Of a stretch of 64,000 nt of DNA, positions 9,966 through 19,140 are shown piece by piece. The notes below the pieces were generated by a model. The model had not been told where the DNA came from. It searched no databases and saw only the letters and a list, made by a program, of their open reading frames with translations. Source of the DNA: Zhongshania sp. (GTDB lineage: Bacteria; Pseudomonadota; Gammaproteobacteria; Pseudomonadales; Spongiibacteraceae); the NCBI RefSeq assembly GCF_029212375.1, contig NZ_JARGNU010000005.1, positions 161,532 to 225,531 of the forward strand. The letters run 5' to 3'. Made by a program: the position numbers and the translations under genes. Every line of letters starts with the position of its first letter. Position 1 is the first letter of the stretch.

Positions 9966-10095
9966 ACGCCATGTAATAAGTTGTTCAAGCACCGTTACCG
10001 CCAAAGCCGGTCTCCATTGAGCGTGCTAACGGGCGTTATCTGTTTCGCTTCTAAAAAAGAAGTGTGCATCAGTTTAAAACGTTTAAGTGACATAA

Positions 10096-11529
10096 ATGAA
10101 TGATCAAGCGGCTAGTTGGGCTATTTGTCCGGATTGTCAGGGACGCGGAAAACGAAGCAGACGGATTCGCAAAAAAGTACGGCTGCTTTATCAGCAGCAG
10201 TTGGGCGAATTTGAACAATCAAACGGAGAGGGGCACGCGCCAGTTCGCCCTAAGGGCCACCTTGAACTATGCCTTAAATGTGCCGGCTCGGGTTTGATTG
10301 CAGCGGTTTGTGGTGCTACTGCACACAATGAAAATTACCCTCAGGTGGCCATTATTGGCGGCGGAATAGGCGGTGTTGCGCTGGCGGTGGCGTGTTTGCA
10401 CCGCGGTATTCCGTTTACGCTTTTTGAACGCGACAGCGGCTTTGGTGTTCGCTCTCAGGGTTATGGGCTCACTTTGCAGCAAGCGAGCAAGGCGATTGAA
10501 GGATTTGGTATTTTCGGTTTAAAAGACGGCGTTATTTCCACAAGGCATGTGGTTCATACCACCACAGGGAAAGTGGTCGCCGAATGGGGAATGAGAAAGT
10601 GGGTGCACTCAGGTAGCAAAAAGGCACCCAAGCGCACCAATGTGCATATTGCGCGGCAGTCATTGCGCTTAGCATTGCTTGATCAGCTTGGCGGCAACGA
10701 CGCGGTGCAGTGGGGGCATCAGTTAGTCGATTTAAAGGAATGCGAGGGTGACGGTGTTGATTTGAGTTTTGAGGTTAACGGCGAGATACAACACGCCAAG
10801 GCCGATCTAGTGGTGGGCGCAGATGGTATTCGCAGCACAGTGCGTCGTCTGCTAATTGGCGAAGACACACCGCTGCGTTACTTAGGCTGTATTGTGATTT
10901 TGGGTATTTGCCCGTTGGCGGATTTAGACGGTATTGAAAGCGATTTATTAGACTCGGCGACGGTGTTTCAAACCGCCAATGGCAATGAACGAATTTATAT
11001 TATGCCTTACGCGGCAGACTCGGTGATGTGGCAGCTCAGTTTTCCACTGTCAGAGGGCGAAGCCAAGGCCTTAAGTGCCCAAGGTGCGCAGGCCCTTAAA
11101 GAGGAAGCCTGCCGACGAACTCAGTGGCACGAGCCCATTCCCCAGATTTTAGCGGCGACTCGGCTAGCACAGGTGTCTGGCTACCCTGTGTATGACCGCG
11201 AATTGCTCACGGCAGAGTTATTGGAAAAAGGCGCTAAAGTGACCCTGATTGGCGATGCGGCTCATCCGATGAGCCCGTTCAAAGGCCAGGGCGCCAATCA
11301 AGCGCTGTTAGATGCGCTGGCACTGGCGCGAGGAATCGCAAAAGGCTGCCGGTTGTCTGCTCAATGGCGAAAAACTGGCGTGCGGGAGAGTGTGTTAAGG
11401 GAGTTTGAAACAGAGATGCTAGCGCGCAGTGCAATTAAGGTGGAAGGCTCAGCCGAGGCTGCGGAATTTTTGCATTCTGATATTGTGCTCTATGAGGGTG
11501 ATGAGCCGCGCGGACGGAGTCGAAATTAA
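10096..11529 (+). CDS. FAD-dependent monooxygenase with an N-terminal DnaJ-type CxxCxGxG zinc-finger extension
   Basis: CPDCQGRG and CLKCAGSG motifs at aa 11-18 and 59-66. These are followed by the dinucleotide fold VAIIGGGIGGVALA and the C-terminal GDAAHPMSPFKGQGANQALLDA motif of aromatic-ring hydroxylase-type flavoproteins. Confidence 0.85.
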   Translation: MNDQAASWAICPDCQGRGKRSRRIRKKVRLLYQQQLGEFEQSNGEGHAPVRPKGHLELCLKCAGSGLIAAVCGATAHNENYPQVAIIGGGIGGVALAVACLHRGIPFTLFERDSGFGVRSQGYGLTLQQASKAIEGFGIFGLKDGVISTRHVVHTTTGKVVAEWGMRKWVHSGSKKAPKRTNVHIARQSLRLALLDQLGGNDAVQWGHQLVDLKECEGDGVDLSFEVNGEIQHAKADLVVGADGIRSTVRRLLIGEDTPLRYLGCIVILGICPLADLDGIESDLLDSATVFQTANGNERIYIMPYAADSVMWQLSFPLSEGEAKALSAQGAQALKEEACRRTQWHEPIPQILAATRLAQVSGYPVYDRELLTAELLEKGAKVTLIGDAAHPMSPFKGQGANQALLDALALARGIAKGCRLSAQWRKTGVRESVLREFETEMLARSAIKVEGSAEAAEFLHSDIVLYEGDEPRGRSRN

Positions 11530-11694
11530 ATTGCTTAGGCGCCAAACCCAATTTATGCCTTACACAGATTTTCGTCAGTTTGGATGGCGAGTTGGGTAAG
11601 GTAAGGCTCGAATGGTTGGACATTGACATCATGTTTGATGAGCGAGCCTAATGGGTACTTGTCTCTTGTGCGCCGTGTTGAGGAATATTGACAA

Positions 11695-13050
11695 ATGATG
11701 ACTAATTTTCCGCTGAGCTTGGATGAATTTATGGCGGGAGTTGTACGCCGCAATCCTGGTGAATTGGAGTTCCATCAAGCCGTTTTTGAGGTTGTACAGG
11801 ATATTTATGTGTACATCCGCGACAAGCCGGTTTACCACTCGGCACAAATACTGCGGCGTTTGGCTGAGCCAGATAGGGTTATTTCGTTTCGCGTGTGCTG
11901 GGAGGATGACGGCGGCAACATTCGGGTTCAGCGTGGCTATCGTGTTCAGAATAGTAATGCTATTGGGCCTTATAAAGGCGGTTTGCGTTTTCACCGCAGT
12001 GTTAATCAAAGTATTCTCAAATTTCTTGCCTTTGAACAGACGTTTAAAAATAGTTTAACGGGTTTGCCGATGGGCGGCGGCAAAGGTGGTAGTGACTTTA
12101 ACCCCAAAGGTAAAAGTGAGCGTGAAATTATGCGCTTTTGCCAATCGTTTATGACCGAGCTTTATCGGCATGTTGGCGAAGACACCGACGTACCCGCTGG
12201 CGATATTGGTGTGGGCGCTCGGGAAATTGGCTATATGTTTGGCCAATACAAGCGTATTACCAACCGTTATGTGGGGGTGTTGACGGGCAAGGGCGTGGAT
12301 TGGGGTGGCAGTTTGGTGCGCACCGAGGCGACCGGTTACGGTTTGCTGTATTTTGTTGAGGAAATGCTCAAATACCGTACCGAGCGCCTAGAGGGTAAAC
12401 GCGTTGTTATTTCTGGGGCCGGTAATGTTGCCCTGCACGCCGCCGAAAAGGCGATTGCGCTGGGTGCGGTGGTGTTAACCGTGTCTGACTCAGGCGGTTT
12501 TCTGCACGACCCAGCGGGTATTGATAGCGAGAAGATCAAATGGCTTAAAGCCTGTAAATTTCAGGGTGACGGTGATTTGGCGGCTTACTGCGAGGTGTTT
12601 GCCGGTGCGGCGTATTATGCAGAAAAGCGTCCGTGGGTAATTCCCTGTGATATTGCGCTGCCCTGCGCGACCCAAAATGAGATTAGTTTAACTGATGCTC
12701 GCACGCTTATCGCCAATGGCGTTAGCTTGGTGGCGGAAGGCGCAAATATGCCCACCCACAATGACGCCGTGCACTTGTTTCGCGACGCCAAAATTTTATT
12801 TGGTCCAGCTAAGGCCGCTAATGCTGGCGGTGTTGCCGTGTCGGGTTTGGAGATGAGCCAGAACAGCCAGCGGCTGTATTGGAAAGAAGAGCAGTTGCAT
12901 AGCTTGTTGCGGGAAGTGATGCAAGATATCCATAGCCGCTGTTTGCGCTATGGCCTGCAAGACGACGGCCACGTGGACTATTCACGTGGCGCCAATATCG
13001 CTGGCTTTAAAAAAGTGGCCGATGCAATGCTGGCCTTTGGGGTGGTGTAA
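11695..13050 (+). CDS. gdhA: NADP-specific glutamate dehydrogenase
   Basis: 451 aa with the GLPMGGGKGGSDFNPKGKS catalytic-lysine motif and the GAGNVA NAD(P) fold. Confidence 0.95.
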   Translation: MMTNFPLSLDEFMAGVVRRNPGELEFHQAVFEVVQDIYVYIRDKPVYHSAQILRRLAEPDRVISFRVCWEDDGGNIRVQRGYRVQNSNAIGPYKGGLRFHRSVNQSILKFLAFEQTFKNSLTGLPMGGGKGGSDFNPKGKSEREIMRFCQSFMTELYRHVGEDTDVPAGDIGVGAREIGYMFGQYKRITNRYVGVLTGKGVDWGGSLVRTEATGYGLLYFVEEMLKYRTERLEGKRVVISGAGNVALHAAEKAIALGAVVLTVSDSGGFLHDPAGIDSEKIKWLKACKFQGDGDLAAYCEVFAGAAYYAEKRPWVIPCDIALPCATQNEISLTDARTLIANGVSLVAEGANMPTHNDAVHLFRDAKILFGPAKAANAGGVAVSGLEMSQNSQRLYWKEEQLHSLLREVMQDIHSRCLRYGLQDDGHVDYSRGANIAGFKKVADAMLAFGVV

Positions 13051-13061
13051 ATAACCGATGG

Positions 13062-13811
13062 TTAATCTGGTGCTTGTTCAGCTTGCTTCTTTTTGACTAG
13101 TCGGCCAAACACAATCCCTACTTCAAACAGCAACCACATCGGCACCGCGAGTAGGGCTTGAGAGATAACATCGGGTGGGGTGAGCAGCATGCCAAATACA
13201 AAGCAGCCGATGATTACATAGGGGCGCTTTTCGGCTAAATCGTTGGCGGTGGTTACCCCCGACGCGATTAGCAGCACTGTGGCAATGGGAATTTCAAAGG
13301 CGATGCCAAAGGCCAAAAATAGCTTTAATGCGGTGTCGAGAAAGCGCGCGATGTCGGGAGTGTAATTGACGCCTTCGGGGGTGATGCCGCTAAAAAAGCC
13401 AAAGACCAGTGGAAATACCACATAGTAGGCAAAGGCGAGGCCTGCGTAAAACAAGATAACGCTCGAGGCCAGTAGCGGCGCAGCAATGCGTTTTTCGTGG
13501 CGGTACATACCTGGTGCAACAAACTGCCATATTTGGTGAAGGATTACCGGCATGGCCATGCAAAATGCTGAGACTAGCACCAGTTTAAATGGGGTTAAAA
13601 ACGTCGAGGCTATTTCGGTGGCGATCATGCTGGTGCCTTCCGGTAAATAGCGACGCAGTGGCTCAGCAACAAAAGAATATATGGTGTTGGCAAAGGGCAT
13701 AAGGCCCACGGTGCAGACGAGCACGGCGAGAACGATACGCAGCAGGCGATCACGTAATTCCGTTAGGTGGGCAACCAGCGGTTGGCCTTGATCCTGGTCG
13801 GCATCGGTCAT
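13062..13811 (-). CDS. tatC: Twin-arginine translocase subunit TatC
   Basis: 249 aa polytopic membrane protein. N-terminus [14 protein letters not shown] is TatC-typical. It is last in the tatABC order. Confidence 0.95.
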   Translation of the reverse strand: MTDADQDQGQPLVAHLTELRDRLLRIVLAVLVCTVGLMPFANTIYSFVAEPLRRYLPEGTSMIATEIASTFLTPFKLVLVSAFCMAMPVILHQIWQFVAPGMYRHEKRIAAPLLASSVILFYAGLAFAYYVVFPLVFGFFSGITPEGVNYTPDIARFLDTALKLFLAFGIAFEIPIATVLLIASGVTTANDLAEKRPYVIIGCFVFGMLLTPPDVISQALLAVPMWLLFEVGIVFGRLVKKKQAEQAPD

Positions 13812-14239
13812 GATTTAGGGTCTTGTGGTGAGGGTTTGCTTGCTTGTTCGTCAGCGATTGCGGCGGGCTCGGCTTCTGTTGTTGAGCCTGTCGTTGAATC
13901 TGGAGTTGAACTCGGGTTTGAGCTTTGGCTTAAGTTAGGCTTGGCCGCGATACTGTTCTCAATATTACTGAGCTCTTTGCCGGCTTTGTCTATTTCTTTA
14001 TTAATCTGGTCTTTGCTTTCTTTTAACGATGCCATAATTGATTCGTTGTGAAGTTGACGACGAATTTCGTCGGCGCCAACCTCGCGCTCGATCTCGCTGC
14101 GAATGTCGCTAAAGCTGCGCCGCAAACGGCCAATCCACAGGGCAAGCGTGCGCACCGTACCCGGCAGACGCTCGGGGCCAATTACCAGCAGACCGAGTAC
14201 GCCAATAACCAAGAGTTCTGCAAAGCCGATATCGAACAT
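13808..14239 (-). CDS. tatB: Twin-arginine translocase subunit TatB
   Basis: [27 protein letters not shown]-terminus. Its stop overlaps the tatC start. Confidence 0.9.
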   Translation of the reverse strand: MFDIGFAELLVIGVLGLLVIGPERLPGTVRTLALWIGRLRRSFSDIRSEIEREVGADEIRRQLHNESIMASLKESKDQINKEIDKAGKELSNIENSIAAKPNLSQSSNPSSTPDSTTGSTTEAEPAAIADEQASKPSPQDPKS

Positions 14240-14470
14240 TTACAGTTTGGTCTCTTCTTTGCTCTCGGTTTTTGTGCTGCTGTCTTGGGGCTTTTTGCCT
14301 TCGAGGTTTTTGGCCTCGTCGTCTTCGTCGCCTTTCATACTGTCTTTAAAGCCTTTAAGCGCGCCGCCAAGGTCGGTGCCCATGCCTTTAAGCTTTTTGG
14401 TGCCAAAAAGTAAGACCACAATGGCGAGAATGATTAAGAGTTGCCAAATACTGATGCCGCCTAAGCCCAT
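14240..14470 (-). CDS. tatA: Twin-arginine translocase subunit TatA
   Basis: 76 aa. [27 protein letters not shown] is the canonical TatA/E N-terminus. Confidence 0.9.
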   Translation of the reverse strand: MGLGGISIWQLLIILAIVVLLFGTKKLKGMGTDLGGALKGFKDSMKGDEDDEAKNLEGKKPQDSSTKTESKEETKL

Positions 14471-14506
14471 GAGTTTGTCCTTTTTACTAAGTGTGAATAA
14501 AAGTTA

Positions 14507-14836
14507 TTATTTGCGCGCTGCTTTTTCATCGAGGCCAGATAAGCCAAAGCGTCGCGCCAGTTCGTCTAGTACCGGCTGGTGATTTTCGCCGAGTTGAGAG
14601 AGCATCACCAAGCTGTGAAACCACAGGTCGGCGGTTTCATAAATGAGTTTGCTATTATCGCCGCTGATTTCTGCGTCTTTGGCGGCGAGCACAGTTTCTA
14701 TCGCTTCTTCGCCAACTTTCTCTAATATTTTGTTCAGCCCTTTGTGGTGAAGACTGGCCACGTAGGAACTGTCGGGGCTGGCGTCTTTGCGGGCCGCGAG
14801 TACCACGTCGAGCTGGGCTAAAATGGATTCTGCCAT
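14507..14836 (-). CDS. hisE: Phosphoribosyl-ATP pyrophosphatase
   Basis: 109 aa with the SYVASL...[15 protein letters not shown]...[11 protein letters not shown] pattern of HisE. It is adjacent to hisI. Confidence 0.9.
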   Translation of the reverse strand: MAESILAQLDVVLAARKDASPDSSYVASLHHKGLNKILEKVGEEAIETVLAAKDAEISGDNSKLIYETADLWFHSLVMLSQLGENHQPVLDELARRFGLSGLDEKAARK

Positions 14837-14837
14837 A

Positions 14838-15251
14838 CTATTGGTCCACGCTTTTATACATTGTTGCTGGGTCTTTTAAGACGGCTTCGGTGCTCTGCCA
14901 GTCGCGCTCCTGAAGTTGGCGATAAAAGCAGCTCTGGCGGCCAGTATGGCAGGCAATGCCGCCGATTTGTTCAACTTGCAACAAGAGGGCGTCGCCGTCG
15001 CAGTCTAGCGACATGCTGTGAATTTTTTGAACGTGGCCGGAGCTTTCGCCCTTGCGCCACAGCTTACTGCGTGAGCGCGACCAGTACACAGCATCGCCAC
15101 TGGCAATGCTCAGCAGCAGTGATTCTTGATTCATCCACGCCATCATCAATACGCGGCCGCTGGCGGCGTCTTGGGCAATGGCGGCCACAAGGCCGTCGCT
15201 GTTCCACTTTACTTGATCTAGCCAAGTGCTGTCTTTGGGTTTGCTGCTCAT
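14838..15251 (-). CDS. hisI: Phosphoribosyl-AMP cyclohydrolase
   Basis: [19 protein letters not shown]...MMAWMN...[17 protein letters not shown]...[14 protein letters not shown]. Start set at Met40 of the 176-aa ORF (15249-15251), because the upstream codons overlap the ubiB 3' end and do not resemble HisI. Confidence 0.9.
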   Translation of the reverse strand: MSSKPKDSTWLDQVKWNSDGLVAAIAQDAASGRVLMMAWMNQESLLLSIASGDAVYWSRSRSKLWRKGESSGHVQKIHSMSLDCDGDALLLQVEQIGGIACHTGRQSCFYRQLQERDWQSTEAVLKDPATMYKSVDQ

Positions 15252-15321
15252 GTGCGTTCCGTTGGGCATAACTGCGACATGCTTATATCTGCGCCCGTAT
15301 TTACAAGGGCCATACTTTACC

Positions 15322-16959
15322 TCAGCGGCTGCGGATAAAGAAATATAAAGCGATACTAAAAAGGCCAATACTGATATTGGGTAGGCTTTGCAGGCCGTGC
15401 CTTATGCTTGGGTCGGCGATTAGGGCGGCGGCCAGCGCGGCCATAATGGCAATGCGTTGATTGCGGGCGCGGGCGGATTGCTGGCGTAGCTGGGCGCTAA
15501 GCTCGCCTTGCGGCTGCGGGGCATTGCCATTGCCGGTCGCAGGATGCTTAGTGGTATTGCCGCGCTCAAGCAGGGCCTCGGGTAAGTTGGGCAATTGCTC
15601 TAACCAGCCGGGCAGGCGATGACTGACCTTTTTAAGCATGCTTTGCGGTGAGTAGCGGTCGCGCACCCAGCGCTCTAGAAACGGCATGGCGGTAGACCAT
15701 AAATCGAGCTGGGGGTAGAGCTGGCGACCCAAGCCTTCAATGTTGAGCAGGGTTTTTTGCAGCAGTACCAGTGAGGGCTGCACTTCCATGTCAAAGCGGC
15801 GGGCGGTTTGGAACAGTTGCAAGAGCAATAAACCGAAGGATATCTCTGACAGTGGCTTTTCAAAAATTGGTTCGCTCACGGTGCGAATTGCGGCTTCAAA
15901 CTCATGCACGCGGGTTTCTGGCGGCACCCAGCCACACTCTACATGCAGCTCGGCCACTTCGCGGTAATTGCGTTGGAATATCGCCAGTAAATTACGCGCT
16001 AAATAATACTGATCGAAATCGCTGAGGCTGCCAATAATGGCGCAGTCGATGGCGATGTACTGCGACGAATTGGGGCGGTTGTGGGCAATAAAAATATTGC
16101 CGGGGTGCATGTCGGCGTGAAAAAAACTGTCGCGAAATACTTGGGTAAAGAAAATCTCTACGCCGCGCTCGGCGAGTTTTTTCATGTCGGTGCCCTGTTC
16201 GCGCAGGGTGTCTAAATCGGTGACGGGAATGCCGTGAATCCGTTCCATCACCAAAACATTGCGGCGGGTGTAATCCCAGTAGACCTCCGGCACATACAGA
16301 ATGTCGGAATCTTTAAAGTTGCGGCGCAATTGCGAGGTATTGGCGCCTTCGCGTTGCAGGTCTAGCTCGTCGAGAATGGTGTGGCGGTAATCGTCGACGA
16401 TCTCGGTGGGGCGCAAGCGGCGGCCGTCGGGAATATAGCGGGCAATCAACACGGCAATGGTTTGCAGCAGTTTTAAGTCGGCGTTAATAGTGTGTTCAAT
16501 GCCTGGGCGCACTACTTTAACGACCACGTCGATGTTGCCGTCGAGGGTGGCGGTGTGCACTTGGGCGATAGAGGCCGAGGCGAGGGGTTGGCGGTCGAAG
16601 GCAACGAAAAGCTCGTCTATTGGCTTGCCGAGTGCAGCCTCAATAACCGCCACGGCTTGGTCGCTGGGGAACGGCGGCACTTGATCTTGGAGTTTGGCCA
16701 GTTCCATGGCGACATCGTCGGCGAGCAGGTCGCGGCGGGTAGAGAGAATTTGACCAAATTTAATAAATATTGGGCCGAGTTGCTCCAGTGCAAGACGCAG
16801 GCGTTCGCCGCGACTGTATTCGCCCTTGGGAAAGAGGCGCCATGGCCCGCAGCGCAGCAACAAACGGGCGCGCAGTGGTAGGCGCTCAGCGGGAATTAGC
16901 GTGTCGAGGCGGTAGTGACAAATAATCCAGCAAATAGCGAGCAGGCGGCGCAGCCCCAT
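15322..16959 (-). CDS. ubiB: Ubiquinone biosynthesis regulatory kinase-like protein UbiB (ABC1 family)
   Basis: 545 aa with [30 protein letters not shown] and [10 protein letters not shown] motifs plus C-terminal TM segments. It follows ubiE-ubiJ. Confidence 0.95.
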   Translation of the reverse strand: MGLRRLLAICWIICHYRLDTLIPAERLPLRARLLLRCGPWRLFPKGEYSRGERLRLALEQLGPIFIKFGQILSTRRDLLADDVAMELAKLQDQVPPFPSDQAVAVIEAALGKPIDELFVAFDRQPLASASIAQVHTATLDGNIDVVVKVVRPGIEHTINADLKLLQTIAVLIARYIPDGRRLRPTEIVDDYRHTILDELDLQREGANTSQLRRNFKDSDILYVPEVYWDYTRRNVLVMERIHGIPVTDLDTLREQGTDMKKLAERGVEIFFTQVFRDSFFHADMHPGNIFIAHNRPNSSQYIAIDCAIIGSLSDFDQYYLARNLLAIFQRNYREVAELHVECGWVPPETRVHEFEAAIRTVSEPIFEKPLSEISFGLLLLQLFQTARRFDMEVQPSLVLLQKTLLNIEGLGRQLYPQLDLWSTAMPFLERWVRDRYSPQSMLKKVSHRLPGWLEQLPNLPEALLERGNTTKHPATGNGNAPQPQGELSAQLRQQSARARNQRIAIMAALAAALIADPSIRHGLQSLPNISIGLFSIALYFFIRSR

Positions 16960-16970
16960 AGCGTGTTTCC

Positions 16971-17609
16971 TTAGTTTTTATTGGTTTGGGGCGTTAGGCG
17001 CTGCTGCAGGCGGCGCATTTTGGCTTCAAGGCGTTCACTGCGGGTTTTGAGTTCGTCAATTTCTTGGTAGAACGCATCTGCCTGGCAGGGGTGGGGAACC
17101 AGCTGACTTTCTTCTAGTAAAAACTCTTCGAGCTGGCGGTGTAAATTTTTGCGGGTGCTGCTCAGCCAGTGGTGGCCAGCGCGCAGCCCTGTGCCAATTT
17201 GGTGGGCGGCAACATCGCCAAAGGAGTCGGCCAGGGGTTGTTCCCAGTCGATGTCTAATTCGGCGAGAATTTTGCGCAGTGCGAGCAGCGGCGCGGTGTC
17301 GCCGCTGATTTGAATATTGCCATTAATCAGCGCTCCGGCGGGGTCGGCGGCGGTGGCCACACTGGCAAATTCGCGCCAGGTGCCGCTGAGCCGAGTGCTA
17401 ATGCCGTCGTTGAGCTTGCCCAGCAGGCGCAGGCGACTGCCGCTCACACCAATACCTAAATTCACATCGGGATCTTTTAGCTCAAGGGCAAAGCGCTGAC
17501 CGTCTAGCTCGCGCAGTTTGGCGCGGGCGGCGGGGTCGAGGTGCAGAGCCTTGTTAATTAGGTTTTCGAGGCCGGAAATCGCGGCACCTTGCAGTACCGG
17601 CGGAATCAC
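16971..17609 (-). CDS. ubiJ: Ubiquinone biosynthesis accessory factor UbiJ (SCP2 domain)
   Basis: 212 aa lying between ubiE and ubiB, as in Pseudomonas and E. coli. The N-terminal [19 protein letters not shown]...G pattern matches the SCP2-like UbiJ family as I remember it. Confidence 0.7.
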   Translation of the reverse strand: MIPPVLQGAAISGLENLINKALHLDPAARAKLRELDGQRFALELKDPDVNLGIGVSGSRLRLLGKLNDGISTRLSGTWREFASVATAADPAGALINGNIQISGDTAPLLALRKILAELDIDWEQPLADSFGDVAAHQIGTGLRAGHHWLSSTRKNLHRQLEEFLLEESQLVPHPCQADAFYQEIDELKTRSERLEAKMRRLQQRLTPQTNKN

Positions 17610-18355
17610 GGTTTGACACCTCGGTGTACGGCAACCACTCCAGCGGTCATATTGTGGTAGCGCACATCGACAAAGCCGGCGTCGCTCATCATGCCCTTGA
17701 GGGTTTCTTGGTCGGGGTGCATGCGAATGCTCTCGGCCAAGTAGCGGTAGCTGTCTTCGTCGCTGGCGACCAGTTGACCCATTTTGGGCAGAATGTCGAA
17801 GGAGTAGCGGTCGTAGAGTTTGGCCACCACGGGGTTAACCGGCTTAGAGAACTCCAACACCAGCAGTCGGCCGCCGGGTTTGAGTACGCGGTTCATGGAG
17901 CGCAGGGCAGCGTCTTTGTCGGTGACATTGCGCAGACCAAAGGCGATGGTGATGCAGTCGAAATAATTGTCGGGAAAGGGCAGGCACTCGGCATTGGCCT
18001 GAACGTATTCGATATTGCCAACAATACCTTTGTTGGTGAGTTTTTCGCGGCCAACGGTGAGCATGGAATCGTTGATGTCGGCCAGTACCACTTTGCCATC
18101 GCTGCCGACTAAGCGGCTAAATTTTGCGGCGAGGTCGCCGGTGCCGCCAGCAATATCGAGGACTTTATTGCCTGGCCGCACTCCAGATAATTCAATGGTG
18201 AAGCGCTTCCACAAACGATGAACCCCGCCAGACATTAGGTCATTCATAATGTCGTATTTGGCTGCAACCGAGTGAAAGACACCTGCGACCATTTTGACCT
18301 TGTCTTTGCTGTCGACGGTTTTGTAGCCGAAGTGGGTGGTTTTGTCGTCTGCCAT
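17606..18355 (-). CDS. ubiE: Demethylmenaquinone/ubiquinone C-methyltransferase
   Basis: 249 aa. THFGYKTV N-terminus, [16 protein letters not shown] motif [12 protein letters not shown] and [13 protein letters not shown]. Confidence 0.95.
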   Translation of the reverse strand: MADDKTTHFGYKTVDSKDKVKMVAGVFHSVAAKYDIMNDLMSGGVHRLWKRFTIELSGVRPGNKVLDIAGGTGDLAAKFSRLVGSDGKVVLADINDSMLTVGREKLTNKGIVGNIEYVQANAECLPFPDNYFDCITIAFGLRNVTDKDAALRSMNRVLKPGGRLLVLEFSKPVNPVVAKLYDRYSFDILPKMGQLVASDEDSYRYLAESIRMHPDQETLKGMMSDAGFVDVRYHNMTAGVVAVHRGVKP

Positions 18356-18471
18356 AAATTCTGCCTGCTTGGTATGGTCTTGGCGGGGCGGCCCGCGTAG
18401 TTAGGCCGCTATTGTAGCGTTTGCGTGGGCGCCCTGCACGATAGGATTTTGTGGGATCTTATACGCGCAGC

Positions 18472-19140
18472 TCAGATATCCAGTTCATCGCGAAGCTGTT
18501 GCATGCGCTGACGCTGCTCGTCGGGGCTGAGGGGCTTGCTAATGGTTTCTGGTAGGGCGATTTGCGCTGGTAAGCTCAGGGTTTCGCCATTAATTACGCG
18601 CTGGCAAATGTCTTCGTAGTGGCGCTTAAAAACAGGGTAAGCCGCGTGTTCGGTATTGCCGGCCAAAAAAAACCAGTCGCAGGCGCGGCCAGCGTGGTAA
18701 ACCGCAGGGTGCGACCAAGAGTACTCTGCCTTGGGTTGCGGTGCGCGGCAGGCTTCGAGATAGGCGCTATGACTATCGGGCAGGCCGAGTTCGCGTAGGT
18801 CGGGCTCGCAGTATTTTAAAATGCCTTTTACGGTGGGCAAAAATTCAGACTCGCGAATGGCGCGGTGGGTTGCGGCAATAATACGCTCAGGGCTGATGTG
18901 GCGCAGATTGCTAAACCAGATTTTTTTGGCGTAAGAGAGCTTTTCGGCATTGGAAAAGGCCTTGTTGTACTGGTTGTGGTAAACCAGTTCAAACTCGGCA
19001 AACATTTGATTGAGTGCGTCAATTACCGCGTCTCGATCGGGCAGTGGCTCAGAGTTCGTCGGCCCAGCTGCGGTCGGTGTGCTTGGCGATGAAGCCAGTT
19101 GCCGATTTGCTTGCTCCAGAAGCTTGTTGCTGTCTTGCAT
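18472..19140 (-). CDS. Phage lambda replication protein P-like protein (chromosomal)
   Basis: 222 aa. The segment VIDALNQMFAEFELVY...KIWFSNLRHISPERIIAATHRAIRESEFLPTVKGILKYCE...YSWSHPAVYHAGRA parallels my memory of lambda P (INGVFSQLLATFPA...RRQWVLAFRENGIT..RQNRPFLPSPGQFVAWCRE..YPWKSNAHYWL). As drawn, the 5' end overlaps the upstream gene by 92 nt. An alternative start is Met46 at 19005. Confidence 0.5.
   Translation of the reverse strand: MQDSNKLLEQANRQLASSPSTPTAAGPTNSEPLPDRDAVIDALNQMFAEFELVYHNQYNKAFSNAEKLSYAKKIWFSNLRHISPERIIAATHRAIRESEFLPTVKGILKYCEPDLRELGLPDSHSAYLEACRAPQPKAEYSWSHPAVYHAGRACDWFFLAGNTEHAAYPVFKRHYEDICQRVINGETLSLPAQIALPETISKPLSPDEQRQRMQQLRDELDI

Noticed and set aside
14048-14582. 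121-aa and 159-aa plus-strand ORFs
   Set aside because: They are antisense to tatB, tatA and hisE. They are low-complexity, and the tat and his genes are unambiguous.
17624-18112. 162-aa plus-strand ORF
   Set aside because: It is antisense to ubiE, with a Gly/Val/Ala/His-rich shadow frame.
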